A stretch of 64,000 nucleotides of DNA, taken from positions 79,546 through 143,545 of the forward strand of contig CANNCM010000002.1 of NCBI GenBank assembly GCA_947503105.1. The letters are read 5' to 3'. The notes under the pieces are model-generated. The model searched no databases. It had not been told where the DNA came from and saw only the letters and a program-made list of their open reading frames with translations. The position numbers were made by a program, and so were the translations under genes. This stretch comes from an uncultured Flavobacteriaceae bacterium (GTDB lineage: Bacteria; Bacteroidota; Bacteroidia; Flavobacteriales; Flavobacteriaceae). This document shows, piece after piece, positions 37,371 to 46,773 of the stretch (its first letter is position 1; every line of letters begins with the position of its first letter).

Positions 37371-38300
37371 ATGAGCACATTAAGTGTAGATCATTTATTA
37401 GGAATTAAGCATCTCACCAAAGAAGATATTCATTTAATTTTTGAAACAGCAGATCATTTCAAACAAGTCATAAATCGTCCAATCAAAAAAGTCCCTTCCC
37501 TTCGGGATATTACTATTGCCAATTTATTTTTTGAAAACTCAACCCGAACAAAACTCTCTTTTGAAATTGCTCAAAAACGCCTATCAGCAGATGTGATTAA
37601 TTTTTCGGCAGGTCAATCGTCATTAAAAAAAGGAGAAACTCTCATAGATACTGTAAATAATATCCTATCCATGAAAGTGGATATGGTGGTTATGCGTCAT
37701 CCAAAACCAGGTGCAGCAGAATTTCTTATGCGTCATGTGGATGCAAAAATCATCAACGCTGGCGATGGTGCACACGAGCATCCTACACAAGCTCTTTTGG
37801 ATACTTATTCAATCCGTGAAAAGCTTGGAAGTGTGGAGGGAAAAAAAGTGGTCATCGTTGGAGATATTTTACATAGTAGAGTGGCATTATCCAATATTTT
37901 TGCGCTCAAGTTACTTGGAGCAGAAGTTAAGGTTTGTGGACCAAAATCATTAATCCCAAAACACATTGAAGATTTAGGAGTTGAAGTCGAGTATCATCTT
38001 AAAAAAGCCCTTCAGTGGTGTGATGTTGCCAATATGTTACGTGTTCAAAACGAGCGTATGGAAGTCAGTTATTTTCCATCTACTAGAGAATACACTCAGC
38101 AATATGGAGTTACCAAAGCAGTACTAGACGCCTTAGACCGCCCCATTGTGATCATGCATCCTGGACCCATAAATAGAGGTGTCGAGATTTCTAGTGATGT
38201 TGCAGATTCCGATCAGGCAATCATTCTTGATCAAGTAGAAAATGGTGTTGCGATACGCATGGCCGTTACCTATTTATTGGCCTCAAAAATAAACGCGTAA
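37371..38300 (+). CDS. pyrB: aspartate carbamoyltransferase catalytic subunit
   Basis: Motifs FFENSTRTKLSFE, HPTQALLD and HPGPINRG. Confidence 0.95.
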   Translation: MSTLSVDHLLGIKHLTKEDIHLIFETADHFKQVINRPIKKVPSLRDITIANLFFENSTRTKLSFEIAQKRLSADVINFSAGQSSLKKGETLIDTVNNILSMKVDMVVMRHPKPGAAEFLMRHVDAKIINAGDGAHEHPTQALLDTYSIREKLGSVEGKKVVIVGDILHSRVALSNIFALKLLGAEVKVCGPKSLIPKHIEDLGVEVEYHLKKALQWCDVANMLRVQNERMEVSYFPSTREYTQQYGVTKAVLDALDRPIVIMHPGPINRGVEISSDVADSDQAIILDQVENGVAIRMAVTYLLASKINA

Positions 38301-38629
38301 TGGAATTTGAAATTAAAAATAATAATGTTCTTGTTTATCAAAAACAACAAAGTTCATCAGAATTTTTCAAATTATTTGAATCAAATTACACTCAATTTCA
38401 AACCAAAAATATCATTTTAAGTATAGATGAATCCCAAATCATTGAAAAGGATTTTATAAACACCATTTTAAAATACACCAAATCTCATCAAAATAACAAA
38501 CAATCATTTGTAGTGGTAGCGCCATGGTCGCAAAACGATATTTCAGAAGAGATTGTGTGTGTTCCCACACTTCAAGAGGCTTTTGATCTTATCGAAATGG
38601 ACGAAATGCAGCGTGATTTAGGATTTTAA
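38300..38629 (+). CDS. hypothetical 109-aa protein, translationally coupled to pyrB (TAATG)
   Basis: The ATG shares one nucleotide with the pyrB stop. An alternating beta/alpha pattern and the C-terminal VPTLQEAFDLIE hint at a STAS-like fold. This is an impression, not a search result. Confidence 0.55.
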   Translation: MEFEIKNNNVLVYQKQQSSSEFFKLFESNYTQFQTKNIILSIDESQIIEKDFINTILKYTKSHQNNKQSFVVVAPWSQNDISEEIVCVPTLQEAFDLIEMDEMQRDLGF

Positions 38630-38638
38630 ACCATCAAT

Positions 38639-39544
38639 TTGAAACTAACAATTTTAGGCTGTTACAGCGCCACACCAAGAATTTCTGCTCATACGACCTC
38701 TCAGGTTTTAGAATCCAGAGGACATACTTTTCTTATAGATTGTGGAGAAGGTACTCAAATGGAATTGAGAAAGCACAAGGTTAAATTTAATCAAATCAAA
38801 CATATATTTATTTCTCATCTTCATGGCGATCATTGCTTCGGGCTGATTGGTTTGATTTCGACCTTTCGATTGCTTAATCGCGAAGCAGAGTTGCATATTT
38901 ATGGTCCAAAAGGTATCAAAGATCTCATCATGCTTCAATTGAAACTCTCTAAATCATGGATAGATTTTAAATTAGTTTTTCATGAATTAACATCGCTTGA
39001 TTCTGAACTTATTTTTGAAGATGATAAGATAGCAATCAAAACAATTCCGTTAGACCATAGAGTTTATACCAACGGTTTTTTATTTAAAGAAAAAGCATTT
39101 GATCGTAAACTCCTTGTCGATAAAGCAGAAGAAAAGCATATAGACGTGGCCTATTATCGCAAACTAAAACAAGGCGCAGATGTTCTCAATACCAAAGGAG
39201 AGTTGATTTCAAATGCCGATGTAACAATTGAGGGCGTACCTTCAAAAAGTTATGCATTTTGCAGCGATACAGCGTACAGAGAGGATATTGTTCCAATTAT
39301 AAACAATGCAGATGTTTTGTATCATGAATCCACATTTTTAGAGGCCCATGCCAGTTTATGTGCCAAAACAAAGCATTCTACTGCAAAACAAGCTGCAGAA
39401 ATTGCCAAAAAGGCAAATGTGGGGACTCTCATTCTAGGACATTATTCATCGCGATACAACACTCTTGATGATTTTAAAACTGAAGCTCAAACCGTTTTTG
39501 ATAGAGTAGAACTTGCAGAAGATGGAAAAATATTCCAGATTTAG
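38639..39544 (+). CDS. rnz: ribonuclease Z (metallo-beta-lactamase fold)
   Basis: HLHGDH motif, 301 aa, and LILGHYSSRY near the C-terminus. TTG start. Confidence 0.8.
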   Translation: MKLTILGCYSATPRISAHTTSQVLESRGHTFLIDCGEGTQMELRKHKVKFNQIKHIFISHLHGDHCFGLIGLISTFRLLNREAELHIYGPKGIKDLIMLQLKLSKSWIDFKLVFHELTSLDSELIFEDDKIAIKTIPLDHRVYTNGFLFKEKAFDRKLLVDKAEEKHIDVAYYRKLKQGADVLNTKGELISNADVTIEGVPSKSYAFCSDTAYREDIVPIINNADVLYHESTFLEAHASLCAKTKHSTAKQAAEIAKKANVGTLILGHYSSRYNTLDDFKTEAQTVFDRVELAEDGKIFQI

Positions 39545-40260
39545 AAGTATATTTCTTTAGTTTTTCTCCATGAAAGCACTGCAACACCTTTGGCGTAATG
39601 CATAGCATCCGGAGGGTTTAAAAATATGGAATTAAACTTAGGATAATCAATAATTAAGCGTTTGAGCGTAATTTCATGAAGCTCCCATGCTTTATGATGA
39701 ATTTCAAAGCCATAAATATCCTTTTTATAATTTTGAAATAACGCATAACGTTCTGTAAGCCAGGACTCTAACTTATTTTTTTGAGGAATTATTTTTCCAA
39801 TAGTATAGGCAACGGAAAAGAAATTATTTGCATTTGTATTTCTTGATTCAAAACAATAGCCTTTTCGTTGTATTTCAGCAAATTGATATGGTAGTTTCGA
39901 AATAGTTTGAGCTAAGACACACGACAATGCTTTACTTGCTTCAATATTCAAAAAATAAACTCCAGGCTTTGTATTGGATTTTACATATGTTCTGATGTTG
40001 AGTTCATGAAAATTAGAAACAGTGTCAACAGATGGTAATAATCTTGGATGAATTTCTTCCATATTGAACGCCACGACAGAGACCCAACAATTGCCGTCAA
40101 ATTTGTCCAATTCAAGTTGATTTGGAACCAATGTTCTTAGCAAATCTTCATTTACTATATAATGCAAAAACACCACATCATTCCATTCTTGATAATACGA
40201 CCAAGGGCTTTTAGGGAGTGCCCATGGGCGGTGGGCAGTGTGAGATTTGAGGGATTCCAT
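39541..40260 (-). CDS. DUF2071 (YqjF-like) family protein
   Basis: 239 aa. The N-terminus HRPWALPKSPWSYYQEWNDVVFLHY is typical of DUF2071. This is from recollection only. Confidence 0.55.
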   Translation of the reverse strand: MESLKSHTAHRPWALPKSPWSYYQEWNDVVFLHYIVNEDLLRTLVPNQLELDKFDGNCWVSVVAFNMEEIHPRLLPSVDTVSNFHELNIRTYVKSNTKPGVYFLNIEASKALSCVLAQTISKLPYQFAEIQRKGYCFESRNTNANNFFSVAYTIGKIIPQKNKLESWLTERYALFQNYKKDIYGFEIHHKAWELHEITLKRLIIDYPKFNSIFLNPPDAMHYAKGVAVLSWRKTKEIYF

Positions 40261-40272
40261 ATGATTTCTTAA

Positions 40273-40446
40273 TTACAAATAGCAAATTAGACGCCTGCTT
40301 AATAAAAAAGTAATTCCAAGTAATACTAAAAAGTATATCCAACGCTTCTTAGTTTTAGGTGTTCTGATTTTTCTCACAACTAAAGATATAAAATACCCAA
40401 ATAGCAATAGCCGAGTTATGTCAGAAACGATATCTATTGTCTCCAT
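40273..40446 (-). CDS. small membrane protein (57 aa, two TM segments)
   Basis: METIDIVSDITRLLLFGYFISLVV...WIYFLVLLGITFLL. The internal ATG is preferred. Confidence 0.35.
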   Translation of the reverse strand: METIDIVSDITRLLLFGYFISLVVRKIRTPKTKKRWIYFLVLLGITFLLSRRLICYL

Positions 40447-40598
40447 GCACGAGTTTAAATTAACTCTTAAAATGCTCTTAAACAGGCACACGCAATTTCA
40501 AACAATCATTAAATGATAAAACGAACATGTCGAATAAGAATATGTCTCTGAGAAAAATATTTTCTAGGGCAAGCAGTTTACAAATCTAAACAAAAAAA

Positions 40599-41396
40599 TT
40601 AGAAACTCTCAAAAACGCCTAGTCCAAATAATGCAAAATCATATTTTACAGGGTCTTTTGGATCGAGTTGACGAAGATTTTTATCCAATTCCGATAATGC
40701 TTTGGCATCGTTTTGTTTGCGCTTGAGTAAACCTAACTTTCGAGCCACATTTCCAGAATGCACATCTAGCGGACAAGAGAGTTGTGAAGGAGAGAGTGTT
40801 GTCCACAATCCAAAATCTACACCAGAATTGTTGGGCCTAATCATCCAACGTAAAAACATATTGATGCGTTTTGCCGCCGAATTTTTTAATGGATCACTAA
40901 GGTGTTTTTGAGTTCTGCGTGTATGTTCGATTTCAAAAAAATGCGTTTTAAATTTATGTATAGAAAACTGCAAAGAATCCTCTTTGGCATAGCGCTTGAA
41001 TATCGGTTCGAGACCTTTGTGACTGGAGTAAATATGACGTAAACTTTTTATGAATTGTACGGCATCAATCGCATTGAATGTTCGATGAACAAATCCTTCA
41101 AATACCATTAAATCTTTTGGTTGATGAGTCATGACAAAATCGAAAGGGGCATGATCCATAAGAGCCATCAAACGGTGTGCATTATTGATGATGCTTTTTC
41201 TATTGCCCCATGCAATGGTGGCTGTCATAAAAGCCGCAATTTCAATATCTTCTTTTTTTGAGAAAAGATGCGGAATTTGAATAGGATCTGTTGGAATAAA
41301 TTTTGTGGTATTGTACTGCTGAACTTTGGCGTCTAAAAACGGTTTCAGTTCGTCAAAATGTAAACCGTTATAGACATCAGGATCGTACTTGTCCAT
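40599..41396 (-). CDS. TIGR02757/DUF2400 family protein with HhH-GPD-like motif
   Basis: 265 aa. The segment CPLDVHSGNVARKLGLLKRK resembles the VDTHV.R...RLG helix-hairpin-helix region of the endonuclease III superfamily. Overlaps the upstream ABC ATPase gene by 20 nt. Confidence 0.6.
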   Translation of the reverse strand: MDKYDPDVYNGLHFDELKPFLDAKVQQYNTTKFIPTDPIQIPHLFSKKEDIEIAAFMTATIAWGNRKSIINNAHRLMALMDHAPFDFVMTHQPKDLMVFEGFVHRTFNAIDAVQFIKSLRHIYSSHKGLEPIFKRYAKEDSLQFSIHKFKTHFFEIEHTRRTQKHLSDPLKNSAAKRINMFLRWMIRPNNSGVDFGLWTTLSPSQLSCPLDVHSGNVARKLGLLKRKQNDAKALSELDKNLRQLDPKDPVKYDFALFGLGVFESF

Positions 41397-42039
41397 CTGT
41401 TATGGTGATTTTTCTATCCGCCATGCTGGCCAATTCTGTATTGTGTGTTACCAAAATAAATGTGAATCCAAAGGCCTCTCTTAATTTAAAAAATAAATCA
41501 TGTAATTGCTTGGCAGAAGTACTGTCTAGATTTCCAGATGGCTCATCGGCCAAAACCACAAGTGGATCATTGATTAGCGCACGAGCAACAGCTACGCGTT
41601 GTTGCTCACCACCAGAGAGTTCATTGGGTTTATGTTTTAGTCGATGACTTAATCCAAGAAAATCCAGCAATGATTTGGCTTTTTCTATGGCTTTTTTTTC
41701 TGCAGTTCCTTTGATAAATGCTGGAATACATACATTTTCTAAAGCAGTAAATTCTGGTAAAAGTTGATGAAATTGAAATATAAAACCTAAGTTTTCATTT
41801 CTAAATTTTGCCAATTCTTTTTCATTCAAACCACCAATTTCTGTGTTATTTATTTTTAATGAAGAATCTTCATTTTCAGATGGCGTGTCAAGCGTACCTA
41901 AAATCTGCAGCAAGGTTGTTTTTCCAGCTCCAGAAGCTCCAATAATGGATATGATTTCACTTTTTTTTACGTTCAAATTAACCCCCTTCAAAACATGCAG
42001 GTCTCCGTAATATTTATGAATATTGTGCGCTTGAATCAT
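41377..42039 (-). CDS. ABC transporter ATP-binding protein (LolD/MacB-ATPase-like)
   Basis: Walker A GASGAGKTT, signature LSGGEQQR, Walker B LVVLADEP. Start taken at MIQAHNIHKYYG. Confidence 0.85.
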   Translation of the reverse strand: MIQAHNIHKYYGDLHVLKGVNLNVKKSEIISIIGASGAGKTTLLQILGTLDTPSENEDSSLKINNTEIGGLNEKELAKFRNENLGFIFQFHQLLPEFTALENVCIPAFIKGTAEKKAIEKAKSLLDFLGLSHRLKHKPNELSGGEQQRVAVARALINDPLVVLADEPSGNLDSTSAKQLHDLFFKLREAFGFTFILVTHNTELASMADRKITITDGQVRS

Positions 42040-42129
42040 AATTGTAAATTTAAAGTATTGCACACTGATGTGCAATCATATTTCGAAATTTTAAAGATTA
42101 GTTTTATTAACTTTGAATTTTAAAAATTT

Positions 42130-42672
42130 ATGACAATGAAAAAAGCGGTGTTTTGTGGTGGATGTTTCTGGTGTACAGAAGCAGTTTTCAAACGTTTAAA
42201 AGGCGTTTTGAAAGTGGTTTCGGGATATTCAGGAGGTTTTATAAAAAATCCCGCTTATCGCGAGGTCTGTGAAGGTCGTACGGGACATGCAGAAGGTATC
42301 TGTATTGAATATGATGCTTCACAAGTTGAATTTCAAGAGCTTTTGGAAGTTTTTTTTGCTACGCACAACCCAACCACCCTAAACCGTCAGGGGTATGATG
42401 TGGGAACTCAGTACCGATCTGCAATTTTCTTTACGGACATCAACCAAAAAGAAGCGGCACAAACGTACATGAAATTTTTAGAGGATTCCAATGTCTTTCA
42501 AAACCCTATTGTAACTACCCTAGAACCATTGGATGTATTTTATAATGCAGAGGAAGAGCATCATGATTATTACGATCAAAATACTGAACAATCGTATTGT
42601 CAATATGTGATTTTACCTAAAATAAAAACCTTAAATGAACGTTTTAGTGATAAGTTGAAAACAACAAAATGA
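42130..42672 (+). CDS. msrA: peptide-methionine (S)-S-oxide reductase
   Basis: GGCFWC catalytic motif. 180 aa. Confidence 0.9.
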   Translation: MTMKKAVFCGGCFWCTEAVFKRLKGVLKVVSGYSGGFIKNPAYREVCEGRTGHAEGICIEYDASQVEFQELLEVFFATHNPTTLNRQGYDVGTQYRSAIFFTDINQKEAAQTYMKFLEDSNVFQNPIVTTLEPLDVFYNAEEEHHDYYDQNTEQSYCQYVILPKIKTLNERFSDKLKTTK

Positions 42673-42947
42673 AGTGGAGCACATTAAAAAAACAACACAA
42701 ACTCATACTAGGACTACTTTTTGATCTGTTGGGCTATGTTTCATTTGTTTTTCCACCTTTTGATTTTTTATGGGCACCACTTTCTGGCTATTTGATGACC
42801 AAACTTTACGAAGGAAAAAAGGGTAAAATTGCAGGGATATTTGTTTTCATTGAAGAAGCACTTCCGTTTGTAGATGTCGTTCCAACGTTTACGATTATGT
42901 GGCTCTATACCTATTGGTACGCATCTACTAAAACCTCTGCAGAATGA
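42669..42947 (+). CDS. small membrane protein (92 aa)
   Basis: Overlaps the msrA stop by 4 nt (ATGA). Two to three hydrophobic segments. Confidence 0.45.
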   Translation: MKWSTLKKQHKLILGLLFDLLGYVSFVFPPFDFLWAPLSGYLMTKLYEGKKGKIAGIFVFIEEALPFVDVVPTFTIMWLYTYWYASTKTSAE

Positions 42948-42950
42948 GAT

Positions 42951-43457
42951 CTATTTATCCAAAAATCGACCAAGACCAAAGCGTCGAAGCATCTTTTTTT
43001 CGAAGTTCCAAAAGAAATCAAACTGACCTAAAATAAATCCCCAAAAGACGAGTAGTATTTGATAAAAAATTAAACTAACAAGGCAGAAAATTACCCCGTA
43101 TAAAATGGGTCCAAGATTTTCTGTTGAGACTCCCATTAATTTTATAATAGGACGCCCAACAAAAACGGAAGAAGATCCCGTAATTGCAAATACTATAAAA
43201 ATACGAATGAGTTCCCAACGCTCATTAACTTCCCATTTGTGCTGTAGTTTTTTTATAAAAAATAGGCACAACCGAATAATTGCCACTCCCAACATCAATC
43301 CTACAATTATGTGTAGCCATAGGTTGTCCTCAAAGAATTTGACTGCAAATTTGTACCCCAAATAAAGAGCACTACCTACGCCAATAACAGGGTAGAGGAG
43401 TTGCCAATTTTTACTAATTTCCCAGTTGGATTTAAAAGCTACAATGCGGTTTTTCAT
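42951..43457 (-). CDS. membrane protein (168 aa, four hydrophobic segments)
   Basis: Hydrophobic profile only. No motif recognised. Confidence 0.45.
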   Translation of the reverse strand: MKNRIVAFKSNWEISKNWQLLYPVIGVGSALYLGYKFAVKFFEDNLWLHIIVGLMLGVAIIRLCLFFIKKLQHKWEVNERWELIRIFIVFAITGSSSVFVGRPIIKLMGVSTENLGPILYGVIFCLVSLIFYQILLVFWGFILGQFDFFWNFEKKMLRRFGLGRFLDK

Positions 43458-43493
43458 GCCCGCAAAGATAGTATTTTATGATGCTTTTTTTGT

Positions 43494-44123
43494 TTATTTT
43501 TTGTTAAACAGTTTTCCTAAAATTCCACCAATACCACTTTTGCTTTTCCCTAATACTGCACCTGCTACATCGTCAATGATAGAGCCGTCGTTGTCGGCGT
43601 CTAAAATGGATTCAATAAAACTTTGTTTCTTATTTTGATGACCTCCAATAAGACCTCCCAAAAGATTTGTAAGGCCATTGGCATCATTAAGAGAAGCTTG
43701 TCGTTGTTGTTTTCCTAATAAACCCATAACGACTGGTGCAGCCATTTTGAGAATTTTGCCAACAGACGATGCATCAACTCCAGTTTGTTTGCTCAGTGCA
43801 TTTTGAACATTTTGTTGACGATTTCCAAAGACGTGCCCTAGGATTTTACGCCCATCTTCTTCAACGGCATTGAAATTGGAACCAGTAAATAGAGTTCCCA
43901 AATTATCCAGAATGCTTCCGTCGTGTTTACTATTTAATGCACCCATAAGCCCCGAGGCCCCTTTTGGAGTAGCGGCATTGCGTTGCATGGCTTGTAGGAG
44001 TACAGGCAGGGCCATATTCAATAAATTACTCGTGTTTGATTTTGATTGTCCTGTTTGGCTGGATAAGCCCTCGATAAGTGATTTTCCTAAATCTCCTCCG
44101 AGCAAGTTCATAAGTTCTGACAT
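43494..44123 (-). CDS. DUF937-like protein
   Basis: Gly/Leu-rich repeats LLGGDLGKSLIEGL...LLGGLIGG...GGILGKLF are typical of DUF937. This is from recollection only. Confidence 0.5.
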   Translation of the reverse strand: MSELMNLLGGDLGKSLIEGLSSQTGQSKSNTSNLLNMALPVLLQAMQRNAATPKGASGLMGALNSKHDGSILDNLGTLFTGSNFNAVEEDGRKILGHVFGNRQQNVQNALSKQTGVDASSVGKILKMAAPVVMGLLGKQQRQASLNDANGLTNLLGGLIGGHQNKKQSFIESILDADNDGSIIDDVAGAVLGKSKSGIGGILGKLFNKK

Positions 44124-44170
44124 AGATTTGTTTTTTGTTGTTAATGTTATAGTTGTTTTTAAATTTAATT

Positions 44171-46543
44171 TTATTGTACAGCAAAAAGTTTAACTAAAGC
44201 TGATTTTTCGTCTTTAACTTGAAGCAAATAATGACCCGATTGAAGTTTACTCACATCCACACTAAATGAAGTGTTGTTTTGAAAACTTTTTCGATCTTTG
44301 ATACATTCTAAGACCATTTTTCCCTCTAATGTAAAAATGCTAACGTGAACTTTATCGCCGCTCCAGTCTTCACTTTTCACCGTAAGCGATTGGGCAGTGG
44401 GATTTGGAAAGAGCGTGAAGTTGAAGTTGTTTTTATTTTCAATATCCTTATATGCTTTTACACCTAGAAAATTGGGTTTAATGGTCATCGTTATAGCCCC
44501 CATTCCGTAGGTAAAGAAAAAGACTTTATGATCGGTAGGTCTAATGTCAATATCGAACACCATGACATCCGGAAAAGCAGCTTCTTTCTGCCAAGTTTTT
44601 CCTTTATCAATACTCGAAAAAACGCCGTAATTTGTTCCTAAATACAGCAATTTATCGTGTAACGCCTCAAAAGCATAATTCCGTATAATTTCTCCATGAG
44701 GAGGATTAAAATTTTTAGCTCCTGCAATATTTGTTTTTGTACCATTGGTCAAATCAAATTTGAATAGATCACCATTTTCCGAAAATCCATAAGCCATATT
44801 TTCATTGTCCATTTGTAACTCAATTTCTGTAACATCTGTGGCTCCTGTAACCAGGGTGGTTGCTACACCAGAGGCGTTGTTGATGCGTTTGATGGTCTCT
44901 CCTTCTAAAATATAAGTATTGCCCGATGTTGGGTGCGTAGTGACACTTTTTATTTCGGTATTGCTTTGATACACAATAGAAGCCGTATTGTAGTTGGGAG
45001 CAACAGCTTTAATCAAGAAATGTTTATGGGTTGCTTCATGTGGAAAGTCATTGGCATAATAAATGACATTGGCAGCCTGACCGACTTGATTTCCAGTATT
45101 ATAAGTATCAACATTAGTATTGTTAAAGTCTAGGGAAGATGTGTAAACCCCAGAGTGTGTGTAGGTTTCAATTAGTGAAGTTCCGTGTTTGTTAAAGGTG
45201 TGCACATAGTTATCTGTAATGAGTATATTATACACATCGCCTCCTCCAGAATATTTTAATGTTCCACCCTTAGAAATCCACCCCCCTCTATCTTGTCCTG
45301 CGATAACAAAATCATTACCATTTGGACTCAAAAACGTACCGACATAGCCAGTAAAGGCATTTACTCCTAGTGCTCTTTCCTCCCGATCTATTCCGTATTG
45401 TGTTGTTTTAGGTGGGATTGTCCCTGTTAAATCAAAAAAACCTGCATCATTTCCTTCACTCAATCCATGATCACATCCTATGACTAATTTTCCATTGGCT
45501 GGATTTCTTTGAAACGATTGTGGCCAGAAATCACCAGATCCTGTTCGTTCGTCGCTGTAATCGTCATCTTTCATATAATACCATTGTTTGCCACCATCTT
45601 TTGAATAAGCCATCGTTGTGGACGAAATTATAAGTTTGTTGGGGTCATTATCATCTACCCATAAGCCATTAAAATCAAAATATCCAAACCAGATGTCGCC
45701 TTGATCGCAAAACTCTTGAGTGCTTGTTCGGTTGTACACCTTTGTCCAAGTCGCACCAAAGTCGGTGCTTTTGTGAATTTGCTTCACAGTATTGGAGCCG
45801 CCTTGTCCAGAAAATGCTACAGCGGCATACACTATATTTGGATTGTTTTTGGAGTGGCCAATATCAATTCCAGAAGCGTTAGACACACTAAATACTTTTG
45901 TGAACGATCCGCCGTCTTTTCCTTTAAAAATTGCGTTGTTGTCTTGTGTAAATAGGATGTGTTCTGTAGTCGCGTTTTCTTTGATAACTTCCATACGAAA
46001 TACAGATTCTGAGGGTGAATTGTACAGCTCTGTTGCGGTACCATTATTGGCAATTTTATAAATTCCAGAATTGGTTTGCATAAATGTTTTTGAGTTGACA
46101 ATTTCCAAATCATAGGGCGTGAAACTCTTAATTACACTGTTATTGGCGTCCGTTATTTTGGTAAAACTAACGCCGTTGTCGTTAGATCTAAACAATCCAG
46201 GGTTGGGAAAATTGTAATCAAAAGAATTTGAAGACTGTGGAGAGGCATACAAAATAATATTGGGATCATCATAATCTTGTGCAATATCTATAGGTTTGCT
46301 ACCTAGTTTGTTAGTTGCATCTAATTTTGCCCATTTTTTTCCTGCATCATTACTAATCCATAGACCCCCACCTTCAGTACCCAAATACCAACGGTTGTGA
46401 TCCGTATAATCTATTTGTAGAGCAATGGATCGTTGTCGCGCATTAAATGGGCCTATATCGGCTCTGTTATCTAGTGTTTGAGCATGTAGTGAAAAGCAAA
46501 AACTAAAAAAAATAAGGATAAGTGTTCTTGAAATACGGTTCAT
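44171..46543 (-). CDS. secreted BNR/Asp-box (sortilin/VPS10-like) beta-propeller protein with T9SS C-terminal sorting domain
   Basis: Signal peptide MNRISRTLILIFFSFCFSLHAQ. Asp-box-like motifs (SNDAGKKW, SNDNGVSF, STDFGATW, SKDGGKQW, SIDKGKTW). C-terminal Por_Secre_tail-like LFPNPTAQSLTV...GHYLLQV...LFAVQ. Confidence 0.8.
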   Translation of the reverse strand: MNRISRTLILIFFSFCFSLHAQTLDNRADIGPFNARQRSIALQIDYTDHNRWYLGTEGGGLWISNDAGKKWAKLDATNKLGSKPIDIAQDYDDPNIILYASPQSSNSFDYNFPNPGLFRSNDNGVSFTKITDANNSVIKSFTPYDLEIVNSKTFMQTNSGIYKIANNGTATELYNSPSESVFRMEVIKENATTEHILFTQDNNAIFKGKDGGSFTKVFSVSNASGIDIGHSKNNPNIVYAAVAFSGQGGSNTVKQIHKSTDFGATWTKVYNRTSTQEFCDQGDIWFGYFDFNGLWVDDNDPNKLIISSTTMAYSKDGGKQWYYMKDDDYSDERTGSGDFWPQSFQRNPANGKLVIGCDHGLSEGNDAGFFDLTGTIPPKTTQYGIDREERALGVNAFTGYVGTFLSPNGNDFVIAGQDRGGWISKGGTLKYSGGGDVYNILITDNYVHTFNKHGTSLIETYTHSGVYTSSLDFNNTNVDTYNTGNQVGQAANVIYYANDFPHEATHKHFLIKAVAPNYNTASIVYQSNTEIKSVTTHPTSGNTYILEGETIKRINNASGVATTLVTGATDVTEIELQMDNENMAYGFSENGDLFKFDLTNGTKTNIAGAKNFNPPHGEIIRNYAFEALHDKLLYLGTNYGVFSSIDKGKTWQKEAAFPDVMVFDIDIRPTDHKVFFFTYGMGAITMTIKPNFLGVKAYKDIENKNNFNFTLFPNPTAQSLTVKSEDWSGDKVHVSIFTLEGKMVLECIKDRKSFQNNTSFSVDVSKLQSGHYLLQVKDEKSALVKLFAVQ

Positions 46544-46720
46544 AATATAAAATTTTATTAAACCTGCAGCGTTCATAAAGACTCGTATAGTATCAAAATA
46601 CAAGATGTGCCAAAGCAACACACACCAAGGATATCAACAAATATTAAGGAATCAATAAAAAATCTGTAGGTCGTTCATGTCTTTGGAAGAATAATTTGGA
46701 ATCATTCTCATTTCAAATAT

Positions 46721-46753
46721 AAAAAAAATCCTAACAAAAGCGCTAGGATTTTT
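46721..46753 (-). terminator. Rho-independent terminator after serA (minus strand)
   Basis: On the minus strand, AATCCTA-gcgcttttgt-TAGGATT is followed by T8. Confidence 0.65.
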
Positions 46754-46773
46754 AAAATTTAAGAAGTTGAAAT

